This document shows positions 12,666-25,472 of a DNA stretch of 64,000 nt, piece after piece; within the stretch, counting starts at the first letter, position 1; every line of letters starts with the position of its first letter. The notes beneath the pieces are model-generated. The model saw only the letters and a program-made list of their open reading frames with translations. It had not been told where the DNA came from and did no database searches. The translations under genes and the position numbers were made by a program. The stretch covers positions 15,958 to 79,957 of the forward strand of contig JAUCBJ010008580.1 in the NCBI GenBank assembly GCA_032718475.1. Reading direction: 5' to 3'. This DNA is from Nemertoderma westbladi (Eukaryota > Animalia > Xenacoelomorpha).

Positions 12666-15154
12666 GTCAGGATAGGCCTGCAGGTAGTAGGCCACAGTAT
12701 TGCGTTAGGCCTAAGAAACCTGCAAGTAGGCAGGTAGGCCAGGCAAGTAGCCTAAACATGACTGCGAGATAAGCGATATAATAAATAAACTGCCGGCTAA
12801 CTGATAAACTGTTCGATTATTGTTGTTAAACATTTGAATTTATGATTATGGCCCATGGAATTGATCCACGTACATTTATTCTGAAAAAATGTGGTCCAGA
12901 GTTTGATGTTTCATCGGACCGCTTAGATATTTGGCGTGCACGGTATGATGTGAACACAACTGTTAAAATTCATCACTAAGAAGACTACTGAGGATGTAGT
13001 CGATGATGCGGAGTTGGTAAATAATGACGATACTGCTAGTGTAATACTGCAACTTAACGATAAGCTTCCTGTGGCGGATAAATTCGATATCGAATTAATT
13101 TTGAATGGAATAGAGGCACACATCCGGGGTGCAACCAACATACGAGTATACCGAGATGAACTGATGAAGAGAACTCAGAAAAGCAGAGAACGGTTTCGGG
13201 ATTTCCTTCTGGACCTACGAGATAAACTCAAACACTGCGGATATAAAAATGAAGCAGGAGACCCTGAAGACAACCGACTGCTCGATACTATTATATTCAA
13301 CGTCCATGATGGCGAGGCTAAACGTAAACTTCTCGAGAAAGGAAACGATTTAACCATTGATGAGGCTATACGAATATGTGAAGCAGATGAAGCTTCACGT
13401 ATGGATCAGGCAAAATTAACAGGAAATTCACATATTGTTTGAGACAGTCTAAATGATATAAATAAACTCAGTCAGTATAAACAGCCAAAGTCCCCACAAG
13501 AATGTCATCTTGTAATATGAATGCCGGTACTAGAAATAGTTCTGAACCACTCCGGGCCCAGGGCTATGGGCCACGGTGTAGGCAGTGTGCAAGACACCCA
13601 CACAATCCTGGAGAAATTTGTCCTGCTAACTAACAATCTCCGATGCGATAATTGCGGATCGTTCGGGCATTTTCGAGCAGTATGTAGGAATTCAACTTCT
13701 GTATACAGTACACAGAATTTGAATTCCTACATACTGCTCGAAAATGCCCAAACGATCCGCAATTATTGCATCGGAGATTGTGGTGGTGGTGGTCCACCTC
13801 GCCAGACCAGAGCATTCCAAAGTAGTCGAGGTAATCCTCGTTATAACCATGTCCACATGTGCAATGCAGACTATGAACAGGACTATGACAATGAAAGTTA
13901 TCCCAATGTGGGAAATATAGATCTTGATGATAATGTTTATGGTTCATACCATAGTAGCAACACAGAATACAACGAAAATTCTGATGAATCTTTTCTCACA
14001 TCTTTAATCGCTGTTACTAAAAATGCAGATGTAAGAGGCTTGGATGTTCTGTACATCATCATCCGAGGTGCTGGATTACGTGGTCTAAGGGATGGGAGTA
14101 TTTTAGATTTGGTTGGCTACCGGACAGTGGGGCCAATGTCACCACATTGACTATGAAAATATTTCATAAATATGGGGGAATTTATATCAACTCCATGCAG
14201 GAGACAACCCACATGGTCCAGACGGTACACCAGCATCGTTAACCACTATAGGTTTATTTCAGGGGGAGTTATGGCTAGGCACTAAATATTATCATACAAG
14301 TATCATGGTGAGTGAAGGCCTTATAACCCCAATTCTATCACGACAAGGCTGTATTAAACTAGGTTTATTGCCAGAAAGTTTCCCTCGACAACTATTCAAA
14401 ATTCACTCTCAAGGGCCAGCAGTATCCCCTAGCTCTAAACATATCAACATAGATGCTGAATGGCTACGCACTGGTGAACCAGTGCAACTACGCTTTCATA
14501 ATGACATCACTCCAGTAAAAGTATATACTCTACGACAAATACCCTTACCATTACGAGATATTGTAAAATCTGATTTAGCAAAACTCAGTGAAGACTGTGT
14601 TATCGAACCCGTAATTGATGCCCCCGATTGGATATCTCCCATGGTCGCTGTCCCCATAAAGTGACAGCCACAAGAGAAAACTAAAATTAGGTTAACAGTT
14701 GACTTTCAAGCTCTCAATAGAGCTATAGTTCGACCCATATTTCAAATTCGCCCGCCACGTGATATCGTAAGCTCACTACCAGACTGGGCCATGCATTTCA
14801 CAGTATTGGATGGCCTAAAAGGATACAATCAAGTAGGCCTCCACGAGAATAGTCGCCACTTTACAACATTTGTTACCCCATTTGGACTCTACCGTTACCT
14901 TCATATTACCATGGGGATCTCGTCAGCTAGCGATGAGTAGAACCGCCGACTATTTGAGGCTATTGACCCTTTGCCATGCGCAGATAATGTGGTCGAAGAT
15001 ATTATTATTTTCAGCAGCAATGTAGAAGACCACATCCATGATGTTGAATTTATTGAAACAATGTGAACGATTTGCAATCTCACTCAATCCTACTATGGTA
15101 CAATTCTGTCAAACAGAAGTGTCATTTGGCAGTTATAAGGTGTCAAAAGGTATG

Positions 15155-15578
15155 TGTGATGTAATACCAGTCGAGGTTAATGAACTCATAACCTGACATG
15201 GGCGCCAGAAAATCATTATTACAATATTAACTGTAATTCTCAAGAATGATTATTTTCGCTCAGATTATTGACCTTCGGTTAATGTATTATAAACATTAGG
15301 TGATGGGCTTATTGAGTTGGGATATTAGATAGGTATACCATATACTACTACTGTGTAGTTTATTGACCTATGTTTGATGTATTGTAAAACATCTGGTGAT
15401 GGGTTAATTGAGTTGAGATATAGTTTATATCATTATCTTGGTATAAAAAAGATTTATTGTTACCAACACCGATCGTGTTGGATTTAATAATTTCAAAGAT
15501 TAATATAGGTAACATTTATGTTTCTATAAATTATATTTTGAACTTACATATTATGTATCTTATATTGATACCACAACA
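15155..15578 (+). repeat. 5' LTR of inner Gypsy
   Basis: Direct repeat of 20912-21335; preceded by GTATG. Confidence 0.95.
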
Positions 15579-15935
15579 TTTGCGCAGTGTGAGGTGCATC
15601 ATTCAATATATTTGCATATCCTATATTTGCTTTCTTCTTCCGCTCTTGCTTAGAAGTCCAGCAACACGATGGCCGATATAAAATCATTAAAAACAGCCAA
15701 ATCAACTGCTCAATCATGGGTCTCCAGAGCAATTATTAACGAATCGAAGGAAGTTGTTCTTTCATTGTGGTCATCAGATGCATGACGCAAAATTCACATT
15801 CACCGTGCCCTGCGCGATGTCGACCTTATACTACCCCTTATTGAATCTTTTCGGAAAGCCATTGCTGCTTATGAAAATGAAACCCAGATACTAGACGACG
15901 ATGCTCAATATCGTGCAACACGTGCATCTTTAGAA

Positions 15936-17642
15936 GTGGAAGACCTCCGTGTAGAACTCGACGTCATTCTTAATGAAACTAAGGAAAAGATAAAAAATAC
16001 TATTGCAAAGGAAGCAGCGCGTGAGAGAGCAGAAGAAGAAGCTCGAGCTGCAATACACGCAGCTCAACTTCTAGCCATACAAACATCACATCATGGAAAC
16101 ACATCTATTAGTACACAACCTACAAGGAACGTTCCTACACCCCATAAGTTAAATAAAGATACGGATGCGATGTTTTTCACAGATTGGCGCGCCCAATGGT
16201 CTGCATTTGTTCAGGCCTCACATATCCCAGCTCGTGATGAGTTATCACACCTACAACTTTCAATGACTCCAGATTTCTTCAGTATAATCAAAACAAATTC
16301 CCCAACTGTAGATGTTACTACATGTTCTGGAGAAGAATTCTTAAACGCAACTGCTAAATATTTAGAAAATCTTTGTAACACCAACATGTCCTGGAAAAAA
16401 TTACTATCCACGAGACAATCAAACCTAACACCAGGTGAATATAAAAGCAAACTGGTGGCTAACCGTCGAGGCGTTGGACCCATTACTGACGACACTCTAT
16501 TATCTGCTTTATTCATTATGGGTCTTGATGATGAAATTCGTAAACGAGAATTACTCTCTAAACGGCCACCTCTCAACTTCGATGCTACCGCAGAATATGC
16601 AATTACTTTCACTTCAGCATCTGAGGATCCGAAAACGAATACTATAGCCGAGATTAAGGAGATATCTGAAAATGAACTTATTGGTGCTGTGTCAGCATAC
16701 CGTCGGAATAAAGTTACAAATATGACACCACCACCACCAGCAAACAAACCTGGATTTAAACAAAACATCAACCAAATGGGAAAACGACCTACCAGTTTTA
16801 CTCCAATTCATCGAAATGATCCCCGCCCTGCCATGTACACTGCAGAGGCCAAAAATCATGCCCCGGGAACTTGTTTACGCTGCGGACAAATTTATGATGG
16901 GATTGGAGCACACAAGGATTGTCCAGCGAAAGGAACAACATGTGAGTTTTGTGGAAAAGTTGGTCATTATAAGAGAATATGTTTTCAAAGAAAAGCTTCT
17001 CATAACAGCAACATTAATGCCATTACAATTGCTGGTGTTTCAAATAATTGTAAAACTGTAGAACTCGATTTTACAGTAAATGGTCAATATATCGGTAAAT
17101 ATTTAGTTCTACCAGATATGGGAGCAGACGTAACAGTCATGGGAAACGATTTTGCTAGTCAACTGGGTGTCTCAATGGCACCCCTACGTGACAATGACAA
17201 GAGGAAATTCATAACTGTATCTGGACAAAACATAAAAAAGGTTGGTCGAATTGTTTTTACTGCCACATTACATTCAAAATCTGTCAACGTAGATGCCACA
17301 GTCTGTGAGGGAGTTAAAGGTCTGTTCTTGGATTGTGAATGCTGCAGAGCTCTCAATATAATACATGAGCATTTTCCTGAACCAATTTCATTTGATTCCA
17401 TCAACACCATTAATACTGTTGAAGGCCAATCCTATCCTAATGATACTCTTCCTACCAGGTTGCCAGTATATTCAAAAGAACAAACCCGATTATTAATTGA
17501 ATCGTTACCAAAAAACCCAACATCGAGTCAGATATCAACCCTATGGAATAAATTGTTGTATGATTTCTCCACAGTTTTCAATGAATCGGATGAGCTTCAA
17601 CCAATGAGAGGATCTGCCGGAGTACCATGGAAATTCATCTAA
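15936..17642 (+). CDS. Gypsy gag-protease (true start probably upstream, ~15668, disrupted)
   Basis: Mag-type double knuckle CLRCG...HKDCPAKGTTCEFCGKVGHYKRIC; protease-like VLPDMGADVTVM. Confidence 0.85.
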   Translation: MEDLRVELDVILNETKEKIKNTIAKEAARERAEEEARAAIHAAQLLAIQTSHHGNTSISTQPTRNVPTPHKLNKDTDAMFFTDWRAQWSAFVQASHIPARDELSHLQLSMTPDFFSIIKTNSPTVDVTTCSGEEFLNATAKYLENLCNTNMSWKKLLSTRQSNLTPGEYKSKLVANRRGVGPITDDTLLSALFIMGLDDEIRKRELLSKRPPLNFDATAEYAITFTSASEDPKTNTIAEIKEISENELIGAVSAYRRNKVTNMTPPPPANKPGFKQNINQMGKRPTSFTPIHRNDPRPAMYTAEAKNHAPGTCLRCGQIYDGIGAHKDCPAKGTTCEFCGKVGHYKRICFQRKASHNSNINAITIAGVSNNCKTVELDFTVNGQYIGKYLVLPDMGADVTVMGNDFASQLGVSMAPLRDNDKRKFITVSGQNIKKVGRIVFTATLHSKSVNVDATVCEGVKGLFLDCECCRALNIIHEHFPEPISFDSINTINTVEGQSYPNDTLPTRLPVYSKEQTRLLIESLPKNPTSSQISTLWNKLLYDFSTVFNESDELQPMRGSAGVPWKFI

Positions 17643-20600
17643 AACCAAATTATACACCATCATGTATTCGGACGTCCAGATCAATTCCAATCCCATTGAG
17701 AAATGCTACCAACAATGAATTGAACAGGATGGTACGCACGGGCATCATTGAACGTGTTGGATCCGATGAACCTGCGATATGGTGCCATCCAATGGTAGCA
17801 GTCCGTAAGCCAGACAAAACTGTACGCATCTGTGCAGATTTAAAAGCGCTAAATGATCAAGTCTTATCTCCAATTCACCCGATTCTTACACCTGTGGATG
17901 CAGTTAACATAGTAGGATCCGACAACAAATATTATACAAAGCTAGATGCAGCAAAAGGCTACTGGCAGATGCCATTATCAAAGGAATCTCGCCATCTAAC
18001 AACATTTCTGTCTTCAATTGGTCGCTTTCGATACTTACGGTCACCAATGGGATTCAAGAGTACTGGTGACAGTTATGGTGCCCGTGGTGATGCTATATTT
18101 ACAGAAATTCCAAAATTTACAAAAATCGTCGATGACTGCCTGTGCCTATTGGGCGCTAAGACTTTTGCCGAAATAACTCACAACACAATTCAAACATTAG
18201 AAATATGCCATAAGTTTGGTGTCACACTCAAAAATAAAAAATGCCAATTCGCAGTCCCCGAAATAAAATTCGCTGGCATAATCGTAGGCAGAGACGGAAC
18301 CAAAGTAGATCCTGAAAAAATAGCTGCTATTCATAAATTCCCTATTCCCAAAAACATCACGGATATGCATGCCTTTATGGGATTGGCCAATCAGCTAGGT
18401 GGCTTCAGTACACAATTAGCTACAGTAACACAACCACTCCGGGGATTATTAAAGAAGTACACCAATTTTCAATGGTTACCAGAACACCAAGCAGCATTCG
18501 ATAATACTAAATCAGCACTAACTAACTCACCGATTCTAGCCCAATTTAAAATGGACAGGCCAACCAAACTATGGACTGATGCCTCATGTTTAAACGGACT
18601 TGGATTTGTCCTGTTACAGGAAGATGAATCGAAGGAATGGCATCCAATTTCTTGTGGTAGTTGGTATATTTCAGAAACCGAAAGCCGGTATGCCCCTATC
18701 GAACTCGAGGGTCTAGCTATTGTTTGGGCAATAAATAAGGGCCGGATATACCTTGATGGCCTTGATCATTTCATTGTAAAAACAGACCACAATCCCCTCT
18801 GTTCTATTTTCAATAAACAAACCATTGACCGCATTGAGAACAAACGTTTACAAACAATGTGTAGTCGTATTTCTCACTTTAGCTTCACAGTAGAATGGAC
18901 CAAAGGGAAACAGAATCTCGCAGCAGACGCCCTTTCCCGCTATCCAGTACAACAACCAGTAGAAGACGATATAATCATTAATGATGAAGCTGATGTCCTA
19001 TCACCGACACAAACAATTGCTTATTTAGCCAATCTCAGAGAGGACTATGACATCACTAATGCAGCCGTTGAGAGAACCCCTTCCATAGATCTCCGACTTA
19101 ATCGTCTTGTTACTGCGGCAATGGAGGATGATAATTACCAGGAACTCATTACCTCAATTAAGGAACATACAATATCAGTATCAGCTAATGAATATGTACG
19201 ACTTTTTCGCCACTGTTCCAATGAAATGTCTCTAGGAAATGGATTTGCCCTTCGCAATAATAGAATTGTAATTCCTCCAACACATGTTGATCAAACTTTG
19301 AATGATTTGCATCTATCACACCAGGGATCAGAACGAACAAAACGTAGGGCACGTCAGATATGTTTCTGGCCTGGCATGAACAAAGCTATCCAAATTATTG
19401 TCAACAATTGTGAGATGTGCCAGTTATATCAAGCATCACAGCCAAAGGAGGAACTCCAACGCAACAGTCTACCAACCAGACCTTTTGAAGTAGCCTCTTC
19501 TGATCTATTTTCTTTGGATCATGCTCATTATCTCGTATATTCTGATCGGTATTCCGGCTATCCATTTGTCCGACATTTCAATAATGATCTGTGACGGGAT
19601 CCGAGAGGATCCCGGTTTATCCGGTGTCGCTTATGTACGCGTCAAGGGCCGCACCGTTCGGTGGAAAAGATATAGGAGTTTTGCTTGTTCCGACGTTCTC
19701 TAATAACACAGGATAGATAAATATCTGATAGCACGAAATGAGATAACTGATGTACCGGTAGAATGTACTGAGTAAACTGGTGTGGCGATGACAGTCTAAA
19801 TTGTCACCGTACTACCGTGACTGTAGTGACAGACTGAGATAACTGAACAAATGATCACTGTACAGATAATATATACTGCACGGGTTGGCCTCATTGCATT
19901 ACCCAGTCGGTGCCTTCCCCCCATTGGCTAATATCCCTGTTTGTCACCCTTTGCCCCCCTCTGAAGTGCTTCCCTTCGCCCTTGCTATTCTCTCTCTGTC
20001 AGGGGTGTAACCCCTGACCCCTATTGTGCGTTTCTCCTTCCCACTTTATTGGGGTGACACGAGGTTGATATTGGTAATCAAACTCGTGTTCCCAATATTG
20101 CTTAACGGCTCATTTTATGGGGTTTGGTGAGGCGGAATTGATTCGCTAACATGATCCATCAGCACACACGGTCTGTAATGCCTTAGAAGAATGGTTTTCC
20201 ATTACAGGAAATCCTAATGTTTTGAGAACTGATCGCGGACCTCAATATAGGGCAGAGGAAACAAAAACCTTTCTACGCGAACATGATGTATCATGGGAAC
20301 CTTCATCCCCTGGTTGCCCATCTAGTAATGGGCATGCGGAATCATCCGTAAAACTAGTTAAAACCCTTCTTTGTAAAACCGGGGGTAAATTCCAGAGTTG
20401 TTCCTTCATGAAGGGCCTCTTGGAATTGCGAAACACACCGCGTGAAGATGGACTTTCATCAGCCCAACGCTTTCTAGGCAGAACACTTCGTACAGCCGCT
20501 CCAGTTGACCATTCTATTTTAATTAAACCCATCAATACAGACACCATATTGGAAGCAGACCGAATTTATAAGGACAACTTAACCAAGCGAGACACTAACT

Positions 20601-20899
20601 ACAACCTTACAGCTACAACATTAAAACCTTTTGAACAAGGAGATTTAGTTGATGTTCAGAATAAAACAACCCATAGATGGGATCGACAAGGGATTGTTCA
20701 TGAAACCAATGTTCCTCTCCGCACTTATACAGTTGCTTTCAACAATGGGGCACATCTCATACGGAACAGACGATTTCTTCGCCCTTTGTCCAACTTTCAA
20801 CCACCTCCGGGAACTCACCCAAGCACGCTACCAAATCCACCACTACGACGAAGCACACGACTAAGATCCAATCAATATAAAGGTGAAGGGAACCCTTAA
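17627..20899 (+). pseudogene. Gypsy pol (RT-RNase H-integrase) interrupted by a solo LTR
   Basis: KLDAAKGYWQ, IVDDCL, WTDASCLNGLG, ELEGLA, KTDHNPL, AADALSR; HHCC zinc finger; integrase resumes at 20222 (RTDRGPQY, SNGHAES). Confidence 0.92.
19590..20151. mobile_element. Solo LTR (562 bp) inserted in the inner Gypsy integrase
   Basis: TGTGAC...CTAACA flanked by TSD TGATC; splits the integrase core. Confidence 0.88.
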
Positions 20900-20911
20900 G
20901 GGTCGGGGGCG

Positions 20912-21335
20912 TGTGATGTAATACCAGTCGAGGTTAATGAACTCATAACCTGACATGGGTGCCAGAAAATCATTATTACAATATTAACTGTAATTCTCAA
21001 GAATGATTATTTTCGCTCAGATTATTGACCTTCGGTTAATGTATTATAAACATTAGGTGATGGGCTTATTGAGTTGGGATATTAGATAGGTATACCATAT
21101 ACTACTACTGTGTAGTTTATTGACCTATGTTTGATGTATTGTAAAACATCTGGTGACGGGTTAATTGAGTTGAGATATAGTTTATATCATTATCTTGGTG
21201 TAAAAAAGATTTATTGTTACCAACACCGATTGTGTTGGATTTAATAATTTCAAAGATTAATATAGGTAACATTTATGTTTCTATAAATTATATTTTGAAC
21301 TTACATATTATGTATCTTATATTGATACCACAACA
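20912..21335 (+). repeat. 3' LTR of inner Gypsy
   Basis: Direct repeat of 15155-15578; followed by GTATG. Confidence 0.95.
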
Positions 21336-21643
21336 GTATGTTTAGTATTGATCCAGTTCTTACACAAGATATGCGCGATTTCCCTGTACCAAAGAATCGA
21401 ACAGACCTTAGATCCTTTATGGGATTAGCAAACCAATTGGGAGATTTTGACCACAATTTAACAGCCATCCTAGAACCTCTACGTAGCTTAGACCGCAATC
21501 ATTCCACCTTTACCTGGAACAGCATATCAACAAGCTTTCGATGCTGCGAAATGCCTTCTCTCTATGGATAAATTCCTCACCTAATATTCTCCAGACCGGC
21601 AAACACAAATCCACACAGACGCATCTCGAGAGGGGGGGCCTCG

Positions 21644-22739
21644 TGTTGCCGTTATTCCCGACACCATGGGGAAAACGCTGATGCTGGTGGCGGAATTTTC
21701 AGACCACTGGATTCCGGCGAGTCACCGGATATTGGAAATGGAGAAGGAGTCTTTATCTGAGATGCAAGATTGCAGTAGGAAAAAAGTCGCATTGGTTCGA
21801 TATAATCGTTTAATGTAACTTTGAACCTTGATCAATACTGCACCTTGATTGAGAATAATTTGGGCTTCCCCACACCAATATACCAAATATTCACAATAAT
21901 ACACGAACATATAAATTCCTACAGTACATTAATTAATTACCCACTGTTCGCTTTAGATTTTAACCTAACTAATGTTCCCCATTTTCCCTCGGTCCTAGTC
22001 CCGGTACCGTAGTGTCGGCATCGGTCGACCCTGTTGCGTGTCCATCCCACCCTTCCCGAACCCCGAAGGGATCGGTCATCAGGAAAGCGGTAGCTTGGCC
22101 AGGGGTCTGTCAGCCCGTTGTGAGTCCCAACTGTCGGTAGCTTTCTGAGTCCCTTTCAGGCTCGTAGTAATGCCGGTCGTGGAACCCACTCCAGGAAGGC
22201 AGTCCTCTTCGAACCATTCCTCCGTCTAGTCGGTCGATCCGTCGCAAGTCCCTGGCGTAGTCGGCAAGCTTTCTGAGTCCCTTTCAGGCTCGTAATAACT
22301 GCCGGTGACCAGGGACCGCTAAGGATCTGTCTGTCAGTTCCTGTCGCAAATCCCTGACGCAATCAGCAGACTTTCCGAATCCTTTTCAGACTCGTAACTG
22401 CTGTTGGCCAGGAACCGCTAAGGGCAGTCCTTGTCCCTAGGCCTAGCGGGTTACCAAAACTACCTCTACAGGCGGTAGGAAGTTGGCTAGGCCTAATTAA
22501 TTAGTATCAGGTAACCCTGAGTACTGCTTGATTTTACCTCCCACCCTTGGCCCTTAAATATATGATTTGAGTCCCGTGCCCCGTAAGTCGCCCCAATATT
22601 CGCCCATAAATCGCCCCCAGTCCATTGAAAATACCCAAATTCCATGTTCCCGCACCCAGTACTGATATTGGAATATTCATTATAAATAAATCCGAAAAAT
22701 ATTCAACTAACGTTATGAAAAGTTGAAATACCGCGAACA
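21644..22739. mobile_element. Solo LTR (1096 bp) inserted in the outer Gypsy RNase H
   Basis: TGTTG...GAACA flanked by TSD CCTCG; splits HTDASREGGL|GFILSQ; internal ~110-130-bp repeats at 22130-22420. Confidence 0.88.
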
Positions 22740-24251
22740 CCTCGGATTCATTCTTTCCCAGAAAGACCCCAGTGATGGTAAGTGGAAAACGGTTCAGTGC
22801 GGTTCCCGACGATTGACATCAGCAGAAAAAAATTGGGACATAATCGAATTGGAGTGTTTGGCAGTCACATGGGGGGTACTTAAATGTCATATGAATCTGG
22901 ATGGTCTCAACCACTTCACCATACACACTGATCACCTGCCTTTAATACCTATACTGAATAACAAACGCTTAGATCAAATCAATAATATTCGACTATTAAA
23001 AATGCGCACAAATCTCGACAGATTTAATTTCACAGCACACCATGTCCCTGGAAAATGGCACTCAGCTGCTGATGCGCTATCTCGGTTGGAGCTCCATGAT
23101 CCTAAAAGTAATGATATAATTATCAGAGATGACATAGACCATGACCCAATGATTAATATTGCTATATCTGCCCTCCAGCAAGATGTTGTCCCTGCGAATA
23201 TTTCGATAGACCGTATCCAACAAGCTGGTGACAATGATGCCATACACCGCCATTTAAAGCATTACATTCAAATCGGATTCCCTGAACATAAAATGAAACT
23301 AGAGGAGGAAATACGACCATACTGGCATGCCAGGTCCGAACTCTTTACTGACAACACTGGCATTATACTATTCGGACACCGTCTTGTTATTCCCAGATCT
23401 GAAAGATCTCGTATTCTAGAAATACTACATTCATCACATCAAGGACAAACAAAAACCCTTGAGTGCGCAGCTACCTCCGTCTGGCGGCCTGGCATCAGTA
23501 ATGATATACTGCATACTATGGAGAAATGCTATTGCGCCGAATTCCGACTGTCACTTGCCAAAGAACACTTACAATACCACGAACCTGCTACCTGACCAAT
23601 AGAAAGGATCCATGCTGACCTTTTCCAAGTTAACGGATGTCACTTCCTTGCAACTATTGACGAATTTACCAAATGGCCTAATGTACATGATTGCAGAAAT
23701 CATACAACCTCTAAGATTATTCCAGACCAGCTACTCAGTGACTTTCAATTGCTATGTCTGCCATGCATTATACAGTCAGATGGTGGTTCCCCATTCAACA
23801 GCACCAACTACAGCTAATTATTACAACGACGGGACATTAAACAGGAAATTACTTCACCAAGGATGCCAAGAACCAATGGGTTGGTGGAAAATAATGTTAA
23901 AACCTGCAAAAAACTTATTCGTGCATGCTGGGATCCTAGCCACATCACTGTGAATAAATAATCATTTACCCAGTGTTTAATTGCTTTAAGAAATTCCAAC
24001 AGTGATGGTGGTGTGGCTCCATTGGAGAAACTTATGGGGTCACGCCTCCGGGAACTCCTTCGAAGACATGAGCTTGCTTCTGCTATTGACTTCAATAATC
24101 GTATCGAGCGCCAAGCTACATCCAATCATAGGAAAGAAATACGCCAAGATCAATACAACACTCATTCCAAACCATTAAACGAACTACATAGTGGTACACA
24201 AGTTTGGGTGCAAGATGCTATTACTAAGCGTTAGTGTCATGATGACACCAT

Positions 24252-25446
24252 TGTTCGCGCTTTTAGACCTTTAGCAGTTTAACCTGCCAAATTTAATTGT
24301 CTTTTTGTATATCAATTATTTAATGTACTGAAGTTACATCAGCCGAAGCCAGCCTGTGCGCGACCATTCACCCATAGTTAAGGGAGACTGGATTCGGATG
24401 CTTTGATAGTGATTGCAGTGTAGACCTACTGTATTATTCGATTGATCGTTAATATATAATCTCTGACAATATATTCACTTTCGGGGAAATATTAACAGTT
24501 CCTTTAGGACGTGGCGCTTTAAGTATAAAACAGAGTTATGACTTATACTAATCACAACTGGATGGCTACTGAGTTTCGTAAAAAGCGCATTCTTTAGGAG
24601 ATGCTTTATTAACCTTCACACTACTTCACACGACTTCACACTAGTTCACACTACTGCGCACTGATCTGCCGACCGTCACTGAATTTGATCATATATAAGG
24701 AGGATCGCAACTGACACATGTAGGGATTATGAAATAGCATTTAATTCACACAAAAACCACTATAATGTAAGTCGCAGTTGCTACCGGTAAACCTGTTCCT
24801 CTAACCTTTAGTAATCAAGAAGATTGGGGTTTTTATGATTATTCATCGGTATTCTCCAAATATATCAGCAATATACACCAACATAACACCAATTAATAAC
24901 AGAATCAAATAATGCGGTGAACAGTCAGTATGTGTTACTTATGCAGTGTTCCATGTGCAGCAATGCATGAATTGCGGTGTGATGCGGTAGTTGAATCGCG
25001 TTGCGTAGTGCCGCGTTAATAGTTTTACGTTCTTGTAATCAAAGCCATCTGATGTTTCTGATGTTTAGGTCAAAGTCTGAAACTTCCAACACAGAAGTAC
25101 AGAAGAATTTCCAAGCAGTTCTCTCGCTCAGAAAGGTAAACAAAGACAGTAAGGCATTGCGTGGTTTTCCGTAGGCCTCTGTACAAGATAAAATGAAAAT
25201 CGCTCTGATTGGCCGAGCCTGAACAAAGAGAGGCTCCACGTGTACAGTAAATCAGCTGGCAGATTTCGTCATCGGAGTTCCAGTCTTTTAGAGTATTAGG
25301 CGTATTGCGTCAGAAAATGGCTTGTTATGTCCGCTAAAACACCTACAAGGTACATTGCGGAGAAAATGGCTTGTTATGTCCGCTAAAACAACTACACAGT
25401 TCATTGCGGAGAAAAATGACTTGTTTTATCCGCAAAAGCTTTTACA
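24252..25446 (-). repeat. 3' LTR of BEL B
   Basis: Homologous to 7814-8962; TGTTCG...TTTACA; adjacent CCGCTCCC on + is the PPT. Confidence 0.88.
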
Positions 25447-25472
25447 CCGCTCCCAGAAAATGGGATTTAATT

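Larger units (their letters stand above)
15155..21335 (+). mobile_element. Inner Mag-like Gypsy retrotransposon (full length) inserted in the RT of the outer Gypsy
   Basis: 424-bp LTRs at 15155-15578 and 20912-21335 (TG...CA, ~4 differences); 5-bp TSD GTATG; PPT AAGGGTCGGGGGCG. Confidence 0.95.
12553..24251 (+). mobile_element. Outer Mag-like Gypsy retrotransposon, decayed, carrying nested insertions
   Basis: Short LTR plus PBS; gag (13014-13442); CCHC CDNCGSFGHFRAVC; RT fragments 14305-15154 resuming at 21341 (FPVPKNRTDLRSFMGLANQLG); RNase H (HTDASR ... IELECLAVTW, HTDHLPL, AADALSR); integrase to ~24234; truncated by the BEL B LTR. Confidence 0.85.

Noticed and set aside
17620-17642. Programmed frameshift between gag-protease and pol of the inner Gypsy
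   Set aside because: No slippery heptamer; GTA CCA TGG AAA looks like a 1-nt deletion from a single ORF (VPMEIHL)
7814-25446. Treating the LTRs at 7814-8962 and 24252-25446 as the two ends of one element
   Set aside because: Internal sequence lies left of the first and right of the second, the PPT is outside the pair, they are visibly diverged, and there is no shared TSD; they belong to two separate insertions
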